64,000 bases of DNA from Octopus vulgaris (taxonomy: Eukaryota). This document shows positions 39,877 through 53,793 of this stretch, piece by piece. Every line of letters starts with the position of its first letter. Positions within the stretch are counted from its first letter, which is position 1. The DNA lies in the NCBI GenBank assembly GCA_951406725.2, contig OX597827.1, positions 46,438,001 through 46,502,000 of the forward strand, given 5' to 3'. A program made the translations under genes and the position numbers. Under the pieces are notes generated by a model. The model searched no databases and was not told where the DNA came from. It saw only the letters and a list, made by a program, of their open reading frames with translations.

Positions 39877-41433
39877 ATGTTTCTTTATTAGCCACACAGG
39901 GCTGCACACAGATAGAACAAATTACAAGGTAGAGCTTTTCTTTTGAAGGTTTTAAAAAAAAAAAAAAAAAAAAAAAGGAAGGGGGAGTTTCGATCAAAAG
40001 GGATCGTAAAAGGAGAGAAAGAGGACAAAAAAGGGGGGTTAAGAAAAAAGGGGGAGAGAAAAAAAAAAAAAAAAAAATTGATCAATAGGGATCGTTATCA
40101 CAGAAATGTCAATATGAAGTGTAAAGGGGAGGACAGGTGAGGTTTACCCGTGGAAAGAAAAGCCTACGGAAAAGACCACGGTAACCTCGGTCAATGAAGT
40201 CACATTTTATATTTCTTTTTTTTTTTTTTTTTTTTGCAAATAAGCAACTCTCTGTTTTCGATTTCTGGGTTCATAGGACTATGCTCAAGGTGGCTTCGTC
40301 ATTCATACGTGCCATTCTTGCTACATTCACCCATCTTTTTTTAAAACATTCGCTAGACAAAACTTGCCTCTCTACTCTCACTTTCCTTTTCAAGTGGTAC
40401 TTGAAGAAGTTGATGAGAGATTGACCAGAGAGGAAAGTGTTTGTCTCCAATCCTTTCAGACGCGTCCACCAGATACATTCCTTCGCCATAGCCACAAGGA
40501 TGATGAAAATAGCTCTTCCTTCCCGTTTGAAGGAAGGAGGCGTGACAATATTGACGATAGACTCAGCTGATAAACCGACTCGTCCCACACGTGACAGCAG
40601 TTGTTCGACATAAGCCCACAGGTCGGAAATTGTTGGACACTGAACGAGTGCGTGCAGAACGGTTTCGTCGCTCTGACCGCATCTCGGGCAGGTCGGCCCC
40701 GTGTTTCTCGAGCCGTGTCTGTAGAGCTTATCCCGAACGGGTAGCGCTTCTCGGTAGCACTGCCAGGCCAGGGATCTCTGGAAGTTGTCCATCGGCCCTG
40801 GCCCGAAAGTCGTCCTGAACAGGCGGGTCAGGTACTCCTCGTCGACGTCCAGGTTCGCCCCGAGCTCGTCGTCGTACCTCCCCTCCACTAAACCCCTATA
40901 GAATGCTTTGGTTGTGTTGAAGTCACTTAAGGTCGACCCAGGACGGCAGAGTTGCTTGAGAGCAACGCGACACTCGCGGTGCCATTCGCCCTTCCTCGGC
41001 CTCTTTTTGATCCACGACTGCAGTTCGGTCATGGAGACGAGCTGCGGGAAAGCGTGCCTCACAAACGGCGACCACACCTGTTCACCGTCGTCTACATAGA
41101 GCCAGAGATGCCGCAGTCTCAGCGCGTGTCTGCGCATCATCAACCACGGCATGCCCAGCCCTCCTTTTAACGGGTGTTGACAGCAAATGGATCGCCTGAC
41201 CATCGGGACGCATCCTTTCCACAAGAAGCGAAAGAGGATGCGTTGTAGTTTGGTGATGGTAGGGTCGGGACAAGGTACGACGGTCAGGCGGTAGTAGATG
41301 ACGGACGCGATGTACGTGTTCGCCACCTCCGCTCGACCTTTTAGGGACAGTTTCCTCTCGGCCCATTGCCGGGCGAGAGTGACCACCCTACTCGTTATCT
41401 CGTTCCAGTTCTTCTCCACTTGGAGGTCCGGAC
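39877..41433 (-). mobile_element. Tx1/L1-clade LINE 3' fragment, copy 2, embedded in (GATA)n
   Basis: Near-identical to 5502-6798 but with a different 5' truncation point. (GATA)n on both flanks. Confidence 0.92.
40271..41419 (-). pseudogene. Tx1/L1 ORF2 C-terminal region (382-aa open frame, 5'-truncated)
   Basis: W..RKLSLKGRAEVANTYI, LFRFLWKG, P.KGGLGMP, CX2CX8HX4C knuckle, AKECIW. The natural stop is retained. Confidence 0.9.
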
Positions 41434-41561
<128 letters not shown>

Positions 41562-41619
41562 GCGAGGGAGGGATAAAGGTAGTCTTAGCTAAAAAAAAAA
41601 CTATAGTTATGTTCTATAG

Positions 41620-41806
41620 CAGTGCTCTACGACCTTTTTTCACTTGAGGTGTTCACTTATATTCTTTTCAAAATTCGGCGGCACACCTGAACAAAAAATA
41701 TAACTAAAAGTTTAGGGGAAAATATTACATTCAGGTTATACTGCGGTACATCTAGCATTGTCTCGTGCACGCCAGTGTGCCGCGGCATACCGTTCGTGGA
41801 GCACTC
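41620..41806. mobile_element. hAT MITE
   Basis: CAGTGCTCTACGA...TCGTGGAGCACTC termini. Perfect 8-bp TSD TTCTATAG at 41612-41619 and 41807-41814. Confidence 0.85.
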
Positions 41807-42124
41807 TTCTATAGTACATTATAAACAGCAACGAAACGAAACTATCAACAGACCAGCAATTTATGAAAACATATTTACACAAACACACCGACAGTTCAGA
41901 ACTGGTCATCCATGTCGCTTTTGAATTGTCCCGGTCTGTCCCGGTCACTCTTTCAAACGATCGTCATTCACATCAAGCTATTAATATCACAAATAACTAT
42001 ACATTCCTTCTGGATTTACTTTGTATACACATGTATATGCATCCATATACGTATATATATATAAGTGCACGTCTGTATGTGTGTGTGTGTACATGTGTGT
42101 GTGCGTGAGTGTATATATATATAT

Positions 42125-42341
42125 ATATTGTTGTATTTGGGGATGGTCATGTTGCTAGTTTAGCCAATAAAAACACACGCACTATATTATATTTAGTGTT
42201 AATTAGCTTCAGCTTTATTTTAAATTAATCGTATTTCGGCCAGAGTTCTTTCGTCACATTTTTGTGACCTCATCAGTGGTCCTTTGCGTGTGTTTTTATT
42301 GGCTAAACTGGCAACATGACTATCCCCAAACACAACAATAT
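42125..42341. repeat. 57-bp inverted repeat enclosing a hammerhead-like core, between (TA)n tracts
   Basis: Arms at 42125-42181 and 42285-42341. Minus strand CTGATGA-GGTCA...TGGCC-GAAA at 42234-42276. Confidence 0.75.
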
Positions 42342-42355
42342 CTGTTTCTTGCAAC

Positions 42356-42443
<88 letters not shown>

Positions 42444-42618
42444 CCAAGAAAGTTAGAGGCTGTGAATCCAACCAACTAAGGGATAATATCTATCCAATAT
42501 ACTGCTGGTAGAATACCCAGTTATTAATACACAAGTGTTTTTTCATTGCATGGCAATAACATTACCGAGTGTAATAAATGGGCGAGCGTAAAAAGTTATT
42601 TTACCATTTATTAATAAA

Positions 42619-42864
<246 letters not shown>

Positions 42865-42871
42865 TATATAC

Positions 42872-42920
<49 letters not shown>

Positions 42921-42929
42921 TATATATAT

Positions 42930-43026
<97 letters not shown>

Positions 43027-43028
43027 GC

Positions 43029-43258
43029 TGAAGGCGCGTGGTTTAGTGGTTAGAGCATTCGGCTCATGATCGTATGGTCGTACGTTCGATTCCCGTACGT
43101 TCTTCGTCCTTGACGAAGACACTTTATTTCACGTTGCTCCAGTCCACTCAGCTGGCAAAAATGAGTAATACCTGTATATCAAAGGGCCAACCTTGTCACA
43201 CTCTGTGTCACGCTGAATCTCCCTGAGAACTACGTTAAGGGTACACGTGTCTGTGGAT
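43029..43258 (+). mobile_element. SINE with family C head and family D-type tail
   Basis: GAAGGCGCGTGGTTTAGTGGTTAGAGC...GTTCGATTCCC...CTCCAGTCCACTCAGCTG, then GAGAACTACGTTAAGGGTACACGTG. Confidence 0.8.
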
Positions 43259-43740
43259 CCCCTACCTACGTCCCCATCTCGTCCCTTCGTTCTTTCACAT
43301 TATTTCTCTTTCTCTCTCTCTCTCTCTCCCCCCTTATTTTTATAGCGTCTTATCTTTTCCATTTTCCTCTCTATCGTAAAATCATTTTCTGTTCACGCAT
43401 GAGAAAGTAAAGAAACAAAATCGACAAAGAGACAAAAAAAAGGCGATAAGTTCGTTTAAACAGTAAGTTAACATTGATAATTAAAAATAATATAGGTGGC
43501 AGGCTTGTGGGGAGTGGGGGGGGGGCGCGAGTACATATATATTTTGTTAATTCACTTAGGCATAACGATACTAATAACCTGATGTTAGAACCCAATATAC
43601 AGATTCTTCAGAACAAAGAGTCAGTCGAGTACGGAGTTCGTTTTCCACAATTCTCTTCAAACAACGAAGCTTCCTTTCCGAGGGCCCATGTCGGCCGGGA
43701 CAAGAATGTGTTGATTCTTTTCCTTGGCTTTTGAATTGCA

Positions 43741-43741
43741 T

Positions 43742-43801
<60 letters not shown>

Positions 43802-44090
43802 TGTGTACAGTGCTCAGGTGCACTACAACTCATCTAAAGTGTATATATAATCAGGTGTAGTTTCGGCGGATTTCGGAAAGCATGAGGGCCTTAAAGGATG
43901 CAGTGTCATGGCAGTCAACAACTGACGCAGGCAGTTTATTCCATGCTTCAGCAACTCTGAGCGTGAAAAAATGTTTCCGAAAGTCATGGGAACTGTGTTG
44001 TTTTCTGACTTTGTAGGCATGTCCTCGTGTGTTAGACACATGGAGATCAAAAAGGTGTTCAATGTTGTTGTTGGTGAGGTGGTTGATAAC
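43741..44090 (-). mobile_element. CR1-clade LINE 3' end with (ATT)n tail
   Basis: SNTRGHAYKV...RKHFFTLRVAEAWNKLP..VV...TASFK is the canonical CR1 C-terminus. A (TTA)n tail follows at 43741-43802. Confidence 0.88.
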
Positions 44091-44381
44091 TTATAATTCT
44101 ATTAACAGTAGCAAGAGGAATTTGAAGATTTTCGGCAACTTTTCGCTGGTTAAGCCCAGCCTCAGATTGCCCAACAATACGACCTCTTTGAAAATCTGAC
44201 AGTTCTGCTGAATTTTTTGTGCGTGGCATGTTTACTCTTCGCAAATGTTTAATATAATGTCACCTGGAATGCAAAAGAATAATTGCATTGTAAATTATAC
44301 ACCGCTGTATACATATTAATTAAGATGCTTAGATTAGATATTTTGAAAATTAAAGGTGTCTATTTACTTCCTGCATGTCTG
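44091..44381 (-). mobile_element. Tc1-like transposon 5' fragment
   Basis: CAG-starting terminus near 44381. [20 protein letters not shown]...[21 protein letters not shown] is a paired-like HTH. Confidence 0.8.
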
Positions 44382-44842
44382 TGTATATATATTAGCTGAG
44401 GTACTCGGTAATACCCGGAAGCAGGGATTTTCCCAGTACCCATTACAATGCCTTATTTCTTTCAGACCTAAAATGAAATCAAGGAATAGGACAGATAATA
44501 GAAGGCGTAAGCAAATTCATTCACGAAACAATAATACAAATAAATACATGTGGAATCGGGAAATGACAGTCTTTTGGCCAGATGAGTGGAAATGTGCAAA
44601 TATATAATCAATGGAAACATCAAGAAGGGAATTGTAAAGGAATGCTATGAAATACAAAAAAAACATAAAAGTTTGAAAAGTAAACAAAAAATTATTTAGA
44701 GAAAAAAGATTTTATACTTACAAAAACGGTTGGAGTGCAGAGGCTACAATGTGGCGGTCATAAGAGTCGTATGATGCTATGTGGAGGGGGAAAAAGCGGG
44801 GGCAAATTCTCTTGCAACCCGAGAGAAAATTTTAAGTGCACA

Positions 44843-45250
44843 TAGGCGCAGGAGTGGCTGTGTGGTAAGTAGCTTGTTTACCAACCACATGGTTCCGGGT
44901 TCAGTCCCACTGCGTGGCACCTTGGGCGAGTGTCTTCTACTATTGCCTCGGGCCGACCAAAGCCTTGTGAGTGGATTTGGTCGACGGAAACTGAAAGAAG
45001 CCCGTCGTATATATGTATATATATATATATGTGTGTGTTTGTGTGTATGTGTTTGTCCCCCTAGCATTGCTTGACAACCGATGCTGGTGTGTTTATGTCC
45101 CCGTTACTTAGCGGTTCGGCAAAAGAGATCGATAGAATAAGTACTGGGCTTACAAAAGAATAAGTCCCGGGGTCGAGTTGCTCGATTAAAGGCGGTGCTC
45201 CAGCATAGCCGCAGTCAAATGACTGAAACAAGTAAAAGAGTAAAAGAGTA
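44843..45250 (+). mobile_element. SINE family A, full length
   Basis: Complete head, internal microsatellite and (GTAAAAGA)n tail. Confidence 0.92.
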
Positions 45251-45299
45251 TACACTTAATTTGATCATTGTGTTTCATGGGCATATTCAGGTTCACAAC

Positions 45300-45572
45300 A
45301 TATAAATTCATTGCAACACAATTTCTGTTCCTCGATAGACCCTGCTGTGTTCAACATTATCCCAAAGCAAATCAAAGAAAAAAAATTTCACAGCCTTCAA
45401 ACAAAACCTGGACAAATATCTTCAAGGGATAGCAGAAAAGTCAACTATACTTGGATAAATCTGTCAACAACAACTCCCTACGTGAACGGGCCATGTCTTA
45501 GATCCTGTCAGCTGCCGCTATTAAGTTAGACATGACCTAGGTCAATCTTTGGCCGAAACATATCTGTGTTAT
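45300..45572 (+). mobile_element. Degenerate CR1/L2-type 3' end
   Basis: PAVFNIIPKQIK ... FKQNLDKYLQGI, plus a 3' stem-loop GGCCATGTCT...AGACATGACC. Confidence 0.5.
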
Positions 45573-45574
45573 CT

Positions 45575-45965
45575 ATGCGTAGGAGTGACGGTGTGGTAAG
45601 TAGCTTGCTTACCAACCACATGGTTCCGGGTTCAGTCCTACTGTGCGGCACCTTGGGCAAGTGTCTTCTACTATAGCCCCGGGCCGACCAAAGCCTTGTG
45701 AGTGGATTTGGTAGACGGAAACTGAAAGCCCGTCGTATATATGTGTGCGTGTGTGTGTGTGTTTGCCCCCCCCCCCCACATCGCATGACAACTGATGCTG
45801 GTATGTTTACGTCCCCGTAACTTAGCGATTCGGCAAAAGAGACCGATAGAATAAGTACTAGACTTACAAAGAATAAGTCCTGGGGTCGATTTGCTCTCGA
45901 CTAAAGGCGGTGCTCCAGCATGGCCGCAGCCAAATGACTGAAACAAGTAAAAGAGTAAAGAGTAA
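45575..45965 (+). mobile_element. SINE family A
   Basis: Family A sequence with private variants GTGACGGTGTGG and CCTACTGTGCGGC. Confidence 0.9.
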
Positions 45966-46455
45966 CGAGTGAAAAGTATGCTATTAGTCTCTTTTACTCA
46001 TTTTCATTTTCATCGAATTCTTCATTAACGATATTGTATGCACACTGTTGATCTAAATTCATCCCCCGAAGCTTTGTCTCAAAGCTGTCACCGAGTTATT
46101 ATTTACCATCATCTAAAAATTAACATTTACTTTTTTTTTTTCTTAACCCTTGAACTTTTATAAACAGACTTTCTTTTCATCCGTGGTTATTGCGTTTAAA
46201 TTATGAATTGCATGCAGGTGAAAGGTGAGCAACACGATCGAAATGTACAAACACAATATATACAATGACCACATTTATCAAAACTAAATACTTAATACGA
46301 CATTTAAATTTTCCCAGATGACGTTTGAATGACGTTTCTAGATGACACAAGATAACTGGAGTTATATAGACCTCCGTGATTTTCGGGATTTGGTGTCAAT
46401 GATAAGCAAGCTATTCACTGACCGTGCTATTCGAACTGTTATTATTCGAGATTTG

Positions 46456-46528
<73 letters not shown>

Positions 46529-47015
46529 TACGCACGCCTGGTCAAGTGTGTACGTGTGCGTGTACTTACTTTCCTTGTGCTTACGGGTTTGTACACGAAA
46601 GTGTCTGTTTTCTGTGCTTACCTGTATATGTTTTACATGTGAATGTATGAGCACGGTATCTGTATTTGCACGTACAAGTGCATTATTTCCTTTCTAGTTT
46701 TCTACAATAATAGAAGCCCAAATACGAGGACCAATTCTGACTTGCACACTTTTTATAGACATTCAAGTACAATGTGTATAGTAGGCGCTAATTAACGTGT
46801 ACTCTAGGCGTTAGGCTATTAGTCACATAAACAGGAAGTTCATCTCAGTAATACAAAAATTTTAGCCAAAATAGAGACGGTAATGAAACTCCGTAAACTT
46901 CATCGTAGTGTAAATGTGTATTACATGAGAGTGAACTGAAAAGTCCATAGGTTATGAAGGAGTGACGCTAGAGCTGTGAAATCTTGCACGATTTAATTTA
47001 AATTTTTCTTATTAA

Positions 47016-47769
47016 CCCTTCGTGGGCCGGCAGGGTTGGAATTACACAAAAGGCCATTGGAGTCCCGAGCCACCCAAAATTGTTTCAGCTATATAAACAG
47101 CCCCGTTTCTAGGTTAGGCTCACAACTTTTCATATACCCCTCGTACATAAACGAATACATAAACATAAAAACAAAATTATTTAGAACTAGCAGTATCGCC
47201 CGGCGTTGCTCGGGTTTGTAAGGGAAATAACTATATAAGCATTTTTAGAGAGTTACTTCCCTTATATAATAGCAAAAAACTGCATTTAAAAATGGGAGAA
47301 AATGATGGTAATTTTTTTTTTAATCGTAGACTCATCGTAGACGCGCGCTAATACCCAGAAGGGCTCGATATGAATCACGACTATAAGATACCCGGTTTTG
47401 GTTAAACTGCACCGCAAAATGTGGGAGTAGTTAGGAATCTAAATCGTAGGAGACAGACACTCACACAACTTCACTTTTATATATAAAGATATCGTTTCAT
47501 ACCAGTGCAAATACGAAGAAAATTTACTTATAGTTCATCAGAATATCTGAAAAAAGAACAGAATGGGGGCCAGTTGGACCTCAACGACAATATGTTATGC
47601 TATAATATTCATATGACAGGAAATTTTTAACTCAAAATTTGTATGTACATACATAAACTATTGACAATAAAAGTCATGAGATATGAAATCGTTTAGATAA
47701 AAAATGTAAAAGTTGCATAACTTTTAAAATTTGCTGGGGTCCCATGGGACGCCGCCGGCCCACGTGGGA
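47016..47769. mobile_element. piggyBac-like MITE inserted in the mariner 5' UTR
   Basis: TTAA at 47012-47015 and 47770-47773. Termini CCCTTCGTGGGCCGGC and GCCGGCCCACGTGGGA. Confidence 0.75.
47186..47490 (+). mobile_element. Helitron/Helentron-like element nested in the piggyBac-like MITE
   Basis: ACTAGCAGTATCGCCCGGCGTTGCTCGGG ... TTTTATATATAAAGAT. Termini shared with 10576-10973. Confidence 0.65.
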
Positions 47770-50656
47770 TTAATAACTGCATTGTTTCTTTCCAGGTAAA
47801 CTGACATTGAACAGTTCAAGGATGGCTTCAATAGTAGATAGTCGCGACTTACCTTGAAAATTCACAAAATTTGGCATCTTGGTGTTATCAAGTACCTGCG
47901 AAAAAAAAAAAGGGTTTAGTCCGCAAGGAGATTTATGTTGACATGGTTGCTACATTAAGAGATGGCGCTCAAGATTTATCAACAGTGCAAAAATGGGTTG
48001 CTGAATTTAGACGTCGGGGGGAGGAAGAGTCTTGAAGATGACTCAAGGTCTGCATGTCCTGCAACTGCCACCGCCGAGGAAAACATTGATCGTGTTCACC
48101 ACATAGTGACGGACGAAAGGCAGTTGTCTATAAATTAAATAGCCAATGCTATTAGCATATTCCGTGAGAGAGTTGAGGGTGCTAACGTTTTCTGACACCT
48201 GATCACCATGTTGATCACTATTTGAGGCAGATCCAGCTGGTTTCTTTTTTCATGTTTCCTAACTAAGGCTGAGTGTTGACTTCATTACTTTGAACCAGAC
48301 ACAAAGAGACAATCCATGGAGTGGAAACACTCTTCCTCGTCTGCTCCAAAGAAAGCCAAGTTGTTTCGTCGGCAAGGAAGGTAATAGTCTCAGTTTTATT
48401 TTTTTTATTTTTTTCAGGAGGATGCAAAAGGAATTGTGTTTATTGACTATCTTCAAAAAGACCATTACATCTGTGGAAAGTACTATGTCAACTTGTTAAG
48501 ACCAGACACCCAAGAAAACTGACGAAAAGTGTTTTGTTTCATCAGGACAATGCTCCAGCACACAAGTTCGTGGTTTCAATGGCTGCTGTGCGTGACAGTG
48601 GCTTTTGAACTGGTTGATCACCCTCCCTATTCTCTAACTTGGCCTCATCGAACTATCATCTGTTTCCCAACGTGAAAAAACATTTGGCTTGGAACGAGTA
48701 TCGCAGTGATGATGAAGTCGTATCTGTTGTTGATGATTTTGGTGGGGCAAAAGAATGAAAGTCTCTTCACCAATGGGATCCAAGCACTGCAACACCGATG
48801 GAAGAAGTGTGTAGAGTGCCAGGGGGACTATGTCGAAAAATGAACCCCCATAAGAGTATCTTGATCAGCCTATGAACTTTTCAGCTGACCTTTGTATTGC
48901 TTGTGTTAAGCTAATTCAGTCCCATTGCGTGGAACCTTGGGCAAGTGTCTTCCACTATAGCCCCATACCGACCAAAGCCTTGTGAGTAGATTTGGTTAGC
49001 AGAAGTTGAGAGAAGCTCGACGTATATAAATATATTTGTGTGTGTATGTGTGTGTGTGCGTGCGTGTGTTGATGTTTGTCTCCAACCAGTATTGATCTGT
49101 TTACGTCTTCGACAAAAGAGAGACCGATAGAATAAGTACCAGTCTTTAAAAATAAGTCTTGGGGTCGATTTGTGCGATTAAACCTTTGAGGGCAGTGCCC
49201 CAGCATAGCCTGAAGCCCAATGACTGAAGCAAGTAAAAAAGTAAAAGCATAAATGTCAAACTTTGTCCTTGTATTGAGTTCTTTACTCCGTCGACGTTCG
49301 CTTATTTTTATGTACTAAAAAACATTTATTTTTCAATTACTCGCATACTTTTTTATATTTTGTTGAATAATAAAACCTTTTGTTGACGATTTACCTTCTC
49401 CATAAACATACTTCTGTAATGTTTGGTTTTATTAATTTCGTGAATTTAGATTTTCTTTAGCCTGTGTTTAGAACCAGTTCTAATTTAAACTTGTATTCAC
49501 AACTACATCCTGTGTAATTATTGTTATCATTATTGAATTATGTTCACCAACAAGATCAGAGGATGTCAATTTTCTGTAGGAATGAAAGAAATAAAAGGGA
49601 ATACATATATATATATAATTAATTATTGTTGTATCTACGAACGATCTTTTTCATTTCCTAAAGTAAATGTATCTTCGCGTCATTTGTGTACGTCTGCGTT
49701 TTTTTCATTCTGTAAACCGTGAAAACCTAATCTATTAATACCTTCATTCTCGGTAACTCATCCATATCCTTGTTGTTGTTATTGTTGTTGTTTGCTTCTT
49801 ATTTGCTTATTCGTGTCTATGCACGATGTCTAGTGACATCATGCATATGACATTTTAAACACGACGTTATCACATGCACTGCTTTAGTCAATCAGGGACT
49901 AGTAGGCTGTCAAACTTTGGGAAGATGGGACTACTTAAAGAAAACACACAATTCCTTCTTTCACCTTGCACCGGCAACCATTATTTAGCCACCCCACTCG
50001 CTCTAGCTCTTAACTAGCCGTTAGCCTTGGACTTAGCCCCGACAGAATGCAATCGATTGTCTTATATTACGAGGTACTCAAATGCGAACAAGAAATAATT
50101 TGCTGATTGTCATTCTCAATAGTTCAAAAACAACGCACACCTTGTCTATGTCTACCTTTACGTCTACCTGTAGCTGTTAATTATCTTTTCGTAAACATTG
50201 CATTTCAGTCGATTCTGAGCGAAAAGACTTATTCTCGATCCAGCATTCCAGTTGCGACTGTTCCAATAATTTAGTGGGTATACCAAGGACTATATCATTC
50301 AATGCGTCCTTTCTATATCTATAGCTATATATATATATAGTCATTGATAGCTTATATATCGATGGAGTTCGTTGAAGCCGCCCTACATTGCAACAGATTA
50401 ATCCCATGGCATTACAAAACTAATATGTTCACAGTTGTTGTTCTTGCTATTTAGCGACAAAGTAATTCATTTAATCCAAGAGGTTCCATCTATGACAATT
50501 CCGTGTTAGCGTATCTGGGATTACCTTAGGTCTATACTGTATGTTCGAAAATATATATTCTATGATTGTATGACCTAAAACTGGAGTCGATCCATCAACT
50601 TTTTATTCCTTTCTTTTCCTTTTACTTTCCTTCTGCATTTCAGTATCCTGTTTCAT

Positions 50657-50709
50657 TTCATATTTTGCAGTTAAGATTGCATTATTTAATCTTAACTGCA
50701 AAATATGAA
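50657..50709. other. Perfect hairpin: 22-bp stem, 9-nt loop
   Basis: TTCATATTTTGCAGTTAAGATT-GCATTATTT-AATCTTAACTGCAAAATATGAA. Confidence 0.9.
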
Positions 50710-51016
50710 TGAAGGTAAGAAATTGAAACATACGTAGGCAATATGAAAATGACTATTATTTAACTAAATTGATTTTTCTGTTCAAATTTTCCTTTTTCTT
50801 TATATTATATATGTGTGTGTGTGTGTGTGCATATACAAACATGCACGCATACACAAGCTCATACATACGTACATACATACATAAATACATACATACATAC
50901 ATACATACATACATACATACATACATACATACATACATACATACATACATACGTACGTACATATTAAGATAGCGCACGCATGCTCACACACATACGCACA
51001 TATTCTCGTGGGGCTG

Positions 51017-51095
<79 letters not shown>

Positions 51096-51799
51096 TGCAT
51101 GTGTGTTTGTTTGTGCGTGTGCGCCTGACAAAGACGAGAACAGGCATGTGAGCTTAGCTGGAAATATAAACCGAATATATATAATACTTTTGATAAACAT
51201 AAACTTAACACATTAACACAGCACCATACGTTTTTGGAGTGTTTGTTTTTGAATTTCATTTCATTTATATGCCCGAACAAATATAATTAATTATAGGGTT
51301 ATAGTTATAGTTTATGAAAACAAAAGCTGTAGTCGGATATTTCGCCATACATCCTTGTTTTATTTTGATTTTATTTTAATAATGTGTTCATGTTGCCACC
51401 GGCTCAACATTTCAACAATTTTTGTGTCTTGTTTTCTTGTGTTGTTTTTATTGTATATATTTTAGCTTGTTATCGTCTGTTCCAAACAATAGTTTACAAT
51501 CTAACATCTGCTTCTTTACAATTGTCAAAAAGCTATCTGCTGTTTCTTACAAAACGTCAAAAGCTTTTTATGTCCTACTTTTATATTAATTTCATTTTTG
51601 TTCTTGTAATTTTGGTTTCTTGTAACTAATTATTTGAAAATTTTATTAGTTTTAGATATTAGGGACGTGTTTCTCGTATTTACTTTTTCCTTCTTTCATT
51701 TCCTAGACATGTGAAAACAAAAACTAGAGTCGATTCCCACATGTATGAGACATTTGTCGAAGCACACACACGCATACACTCTAACACTAATGTATATAT

Positions 51800-51845
<46 letters not shown>

Positions 51846-52439
51846 ACACATACACACATACACATATACAGAAACAAACACTGTCGCACATACAATAACA
51901 TATTTCCAAACATTTTTTGGTCAACTCACCGCCTTAAGTCAGTAATGTGACACCCTCACGTTTAGGCCATGTCACCTCCTTATTTGCGTAAATCGTTTCT
52001 TACATTAACATATAATTTAGGGGAGAAATAACGTCGATGAAAAACATAAAGTCGACTCTATGGTGAGCAATGGTATAAACGATTAACTCTAAACCATTAC
52101 TTGAATGGAATTCGTTTTTATTTTTATTTTATCGACGCCCGAAAAATGAAAGGTGGAGTTGATCCCGGCGGAATTGATTTGAACTCTGAGTGTAATATGA
52201 ATGTAAGTAGATATCACAAGGAGAAAGAAGTGGCTTTTCTTTTATTAACCACAAGGATCAAAAATATTTGGAACAGTACAAGGACAAAACAGAAAACAGA
52301 GTGAGTTTACATCGGATAAAAAAGAAAGCAACAACAACACGTACAACAGCAACAAATAGCAACGTAATATGAACAAGGGAAAGTTCCACAATACCGAGGC
52401 ATCCACCTAAATCCAGTCAAAATAACCCATTAGTCATTT

Positions 52440-53055
52440 GGTTAGTTCTACCCGTGCCATGAGGCACATAAGACCGCAACATGATCTCTCCAACCATTTC
52501 TGTTTGCTGCTACTGTTCTGGTTTCATTCCAGCTTCTCGTCCCCTTTCTTTGTCAATGGTCCTTCGGCATATGGCACCTAGGACGCCCTGTTGCTTTTTT
52601 TCCCCTTCAGGCTGCCATTTTAACGCCACCATACACAATCGTTTGCTCGATCTTGTCTGAGGACGTATCCGATCCAGTCCCAGCGTCTGTTTCCTATTCC
52701 ATCACCGAGGTTTACCTCGGGGCGACAGTCTTGAAAGAAGGACGGGGAACGAAGGGTATAAAGAACAGAATATCCAAAACCCGGAGAGCGTTCTACGATG
52801 TGACAAAGGTATGGAGAAGCAAAGGTTTAGGCCGCAAAACGAAACTGAAGCTGTTCAAGTCATTGGTCCGACCAGTATAACTCTACAGCTCTGAAAACTG
52901 GAAGATGACAAAAATGGAAGAAAAGATAATGGACAGCTTCCATTTCCAACGCTTAAGGAGACTATTCAGCATCAAGTGGCTGCAAAGAGACCGAAATGAC
53001 ACACTTGAGATGATAACAAGCATCAACAGTATTAGTGACGAAATGAGAGGAAGAA
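52440..53055. mobile_element. Old RTE-type LINE 3' fragment with inverted 5' half
   Basis: Plus 52705-53055: YLGA...IKNRISK...KTKLKLFKSLVRPV*LYSSENW...ISDEMRGR. Minus 52700-52440: RRWDWIG.VLR...ALKWQPEG...GRPR. Confidence 0.8.
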
Positions 53056-53269
53056 ACAAAAAAAAAACCCACAGATCCTAGATTATCCTAATTACCAAGA
53101 AAAAGTGCCCTCTCACTGCTATCATTCTACTGTCTATAGGTTCATGCTGAGTCAGAATATTTGCTCGGAGCATGTTCACTACTTTAACCCAGCTATCTAA
53201 CAATTTACTAAAGACTGCATACCTCTCTCCTTCAGCTTTCTCTTCAATTGAGCAAAGTGCAGCTGTAAA

Positions 53270-53660
53270 CCTTCACGCATTTACCTGGCTTCGAGTAGCA
53301 CCTGTCCGTCCAAGTCCAGCAAAGACCAAATAGCGGCTTTGTTTCCACGTTGCATCTGTGCTGACCGGAACCATCGAACGGCTTTTGTTTCTTTGTCTTT
53401 GAGAACACGCATCTCCGCTCTGATTATGCAGTCTTCGTTTAACCCATTAAACAAATGGTCGAGGGCCATTTTCGCTACTAGAATTGTTGGTCGCAACACC
53501 TTTCCTTGTAATTTTTCCTAATTTTCTTACTATCTGCTCCGCCAATCTGTTTTTTTTTTTTATCACTACTCCAATCTGGATGACCAGCGGTTACTCCATA
53601 CCACGTTGTTGGGTTTAGGAAACCCAGTCAATACCTGCCCAGATAATTGAAACTGAACAG
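53270..53660 (-). pseudogene. Degenerate Tx1/L1 ORF2 fragment (between endonuclease and RT)
   Basis: CIIRAEMRVLKDKETKAVRWFRSAQMQRGNKAAIWSLLDLDG resembles the G..IR.R....E.EK.T..F...E..R.....I..L...DG linker. Confidence 0.55.
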
Positions 53661-53750
53661 GTTTATGAGACTTTTACACTTTCACAGAAAATGGAATGGG
53701 TTTTGGGGTGTGGATGGTAAGGGAGACAGCAGTGGCCTCGCGTGAGTGTA

Positions 53751-53793
<43 letters not shown>

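Larger units (their letters stand above)
46924..48894 (+). mobile_element. mariner transposon, decayed, interrupted by nested elements
   Basis: TIR remnants CTGAAAAGTCCATAGG (46936) and CCTATGAACTTTTCAG (48869). Transposase relics from about 47860 to 48843: SLEDD.RS..P, HYFEP, DAKGIVFIDYL, FHQDNAPAH, HPPYS.NLA.S.YHLFP, RWKKCV...GDYVEK. Confidence 0.9.
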
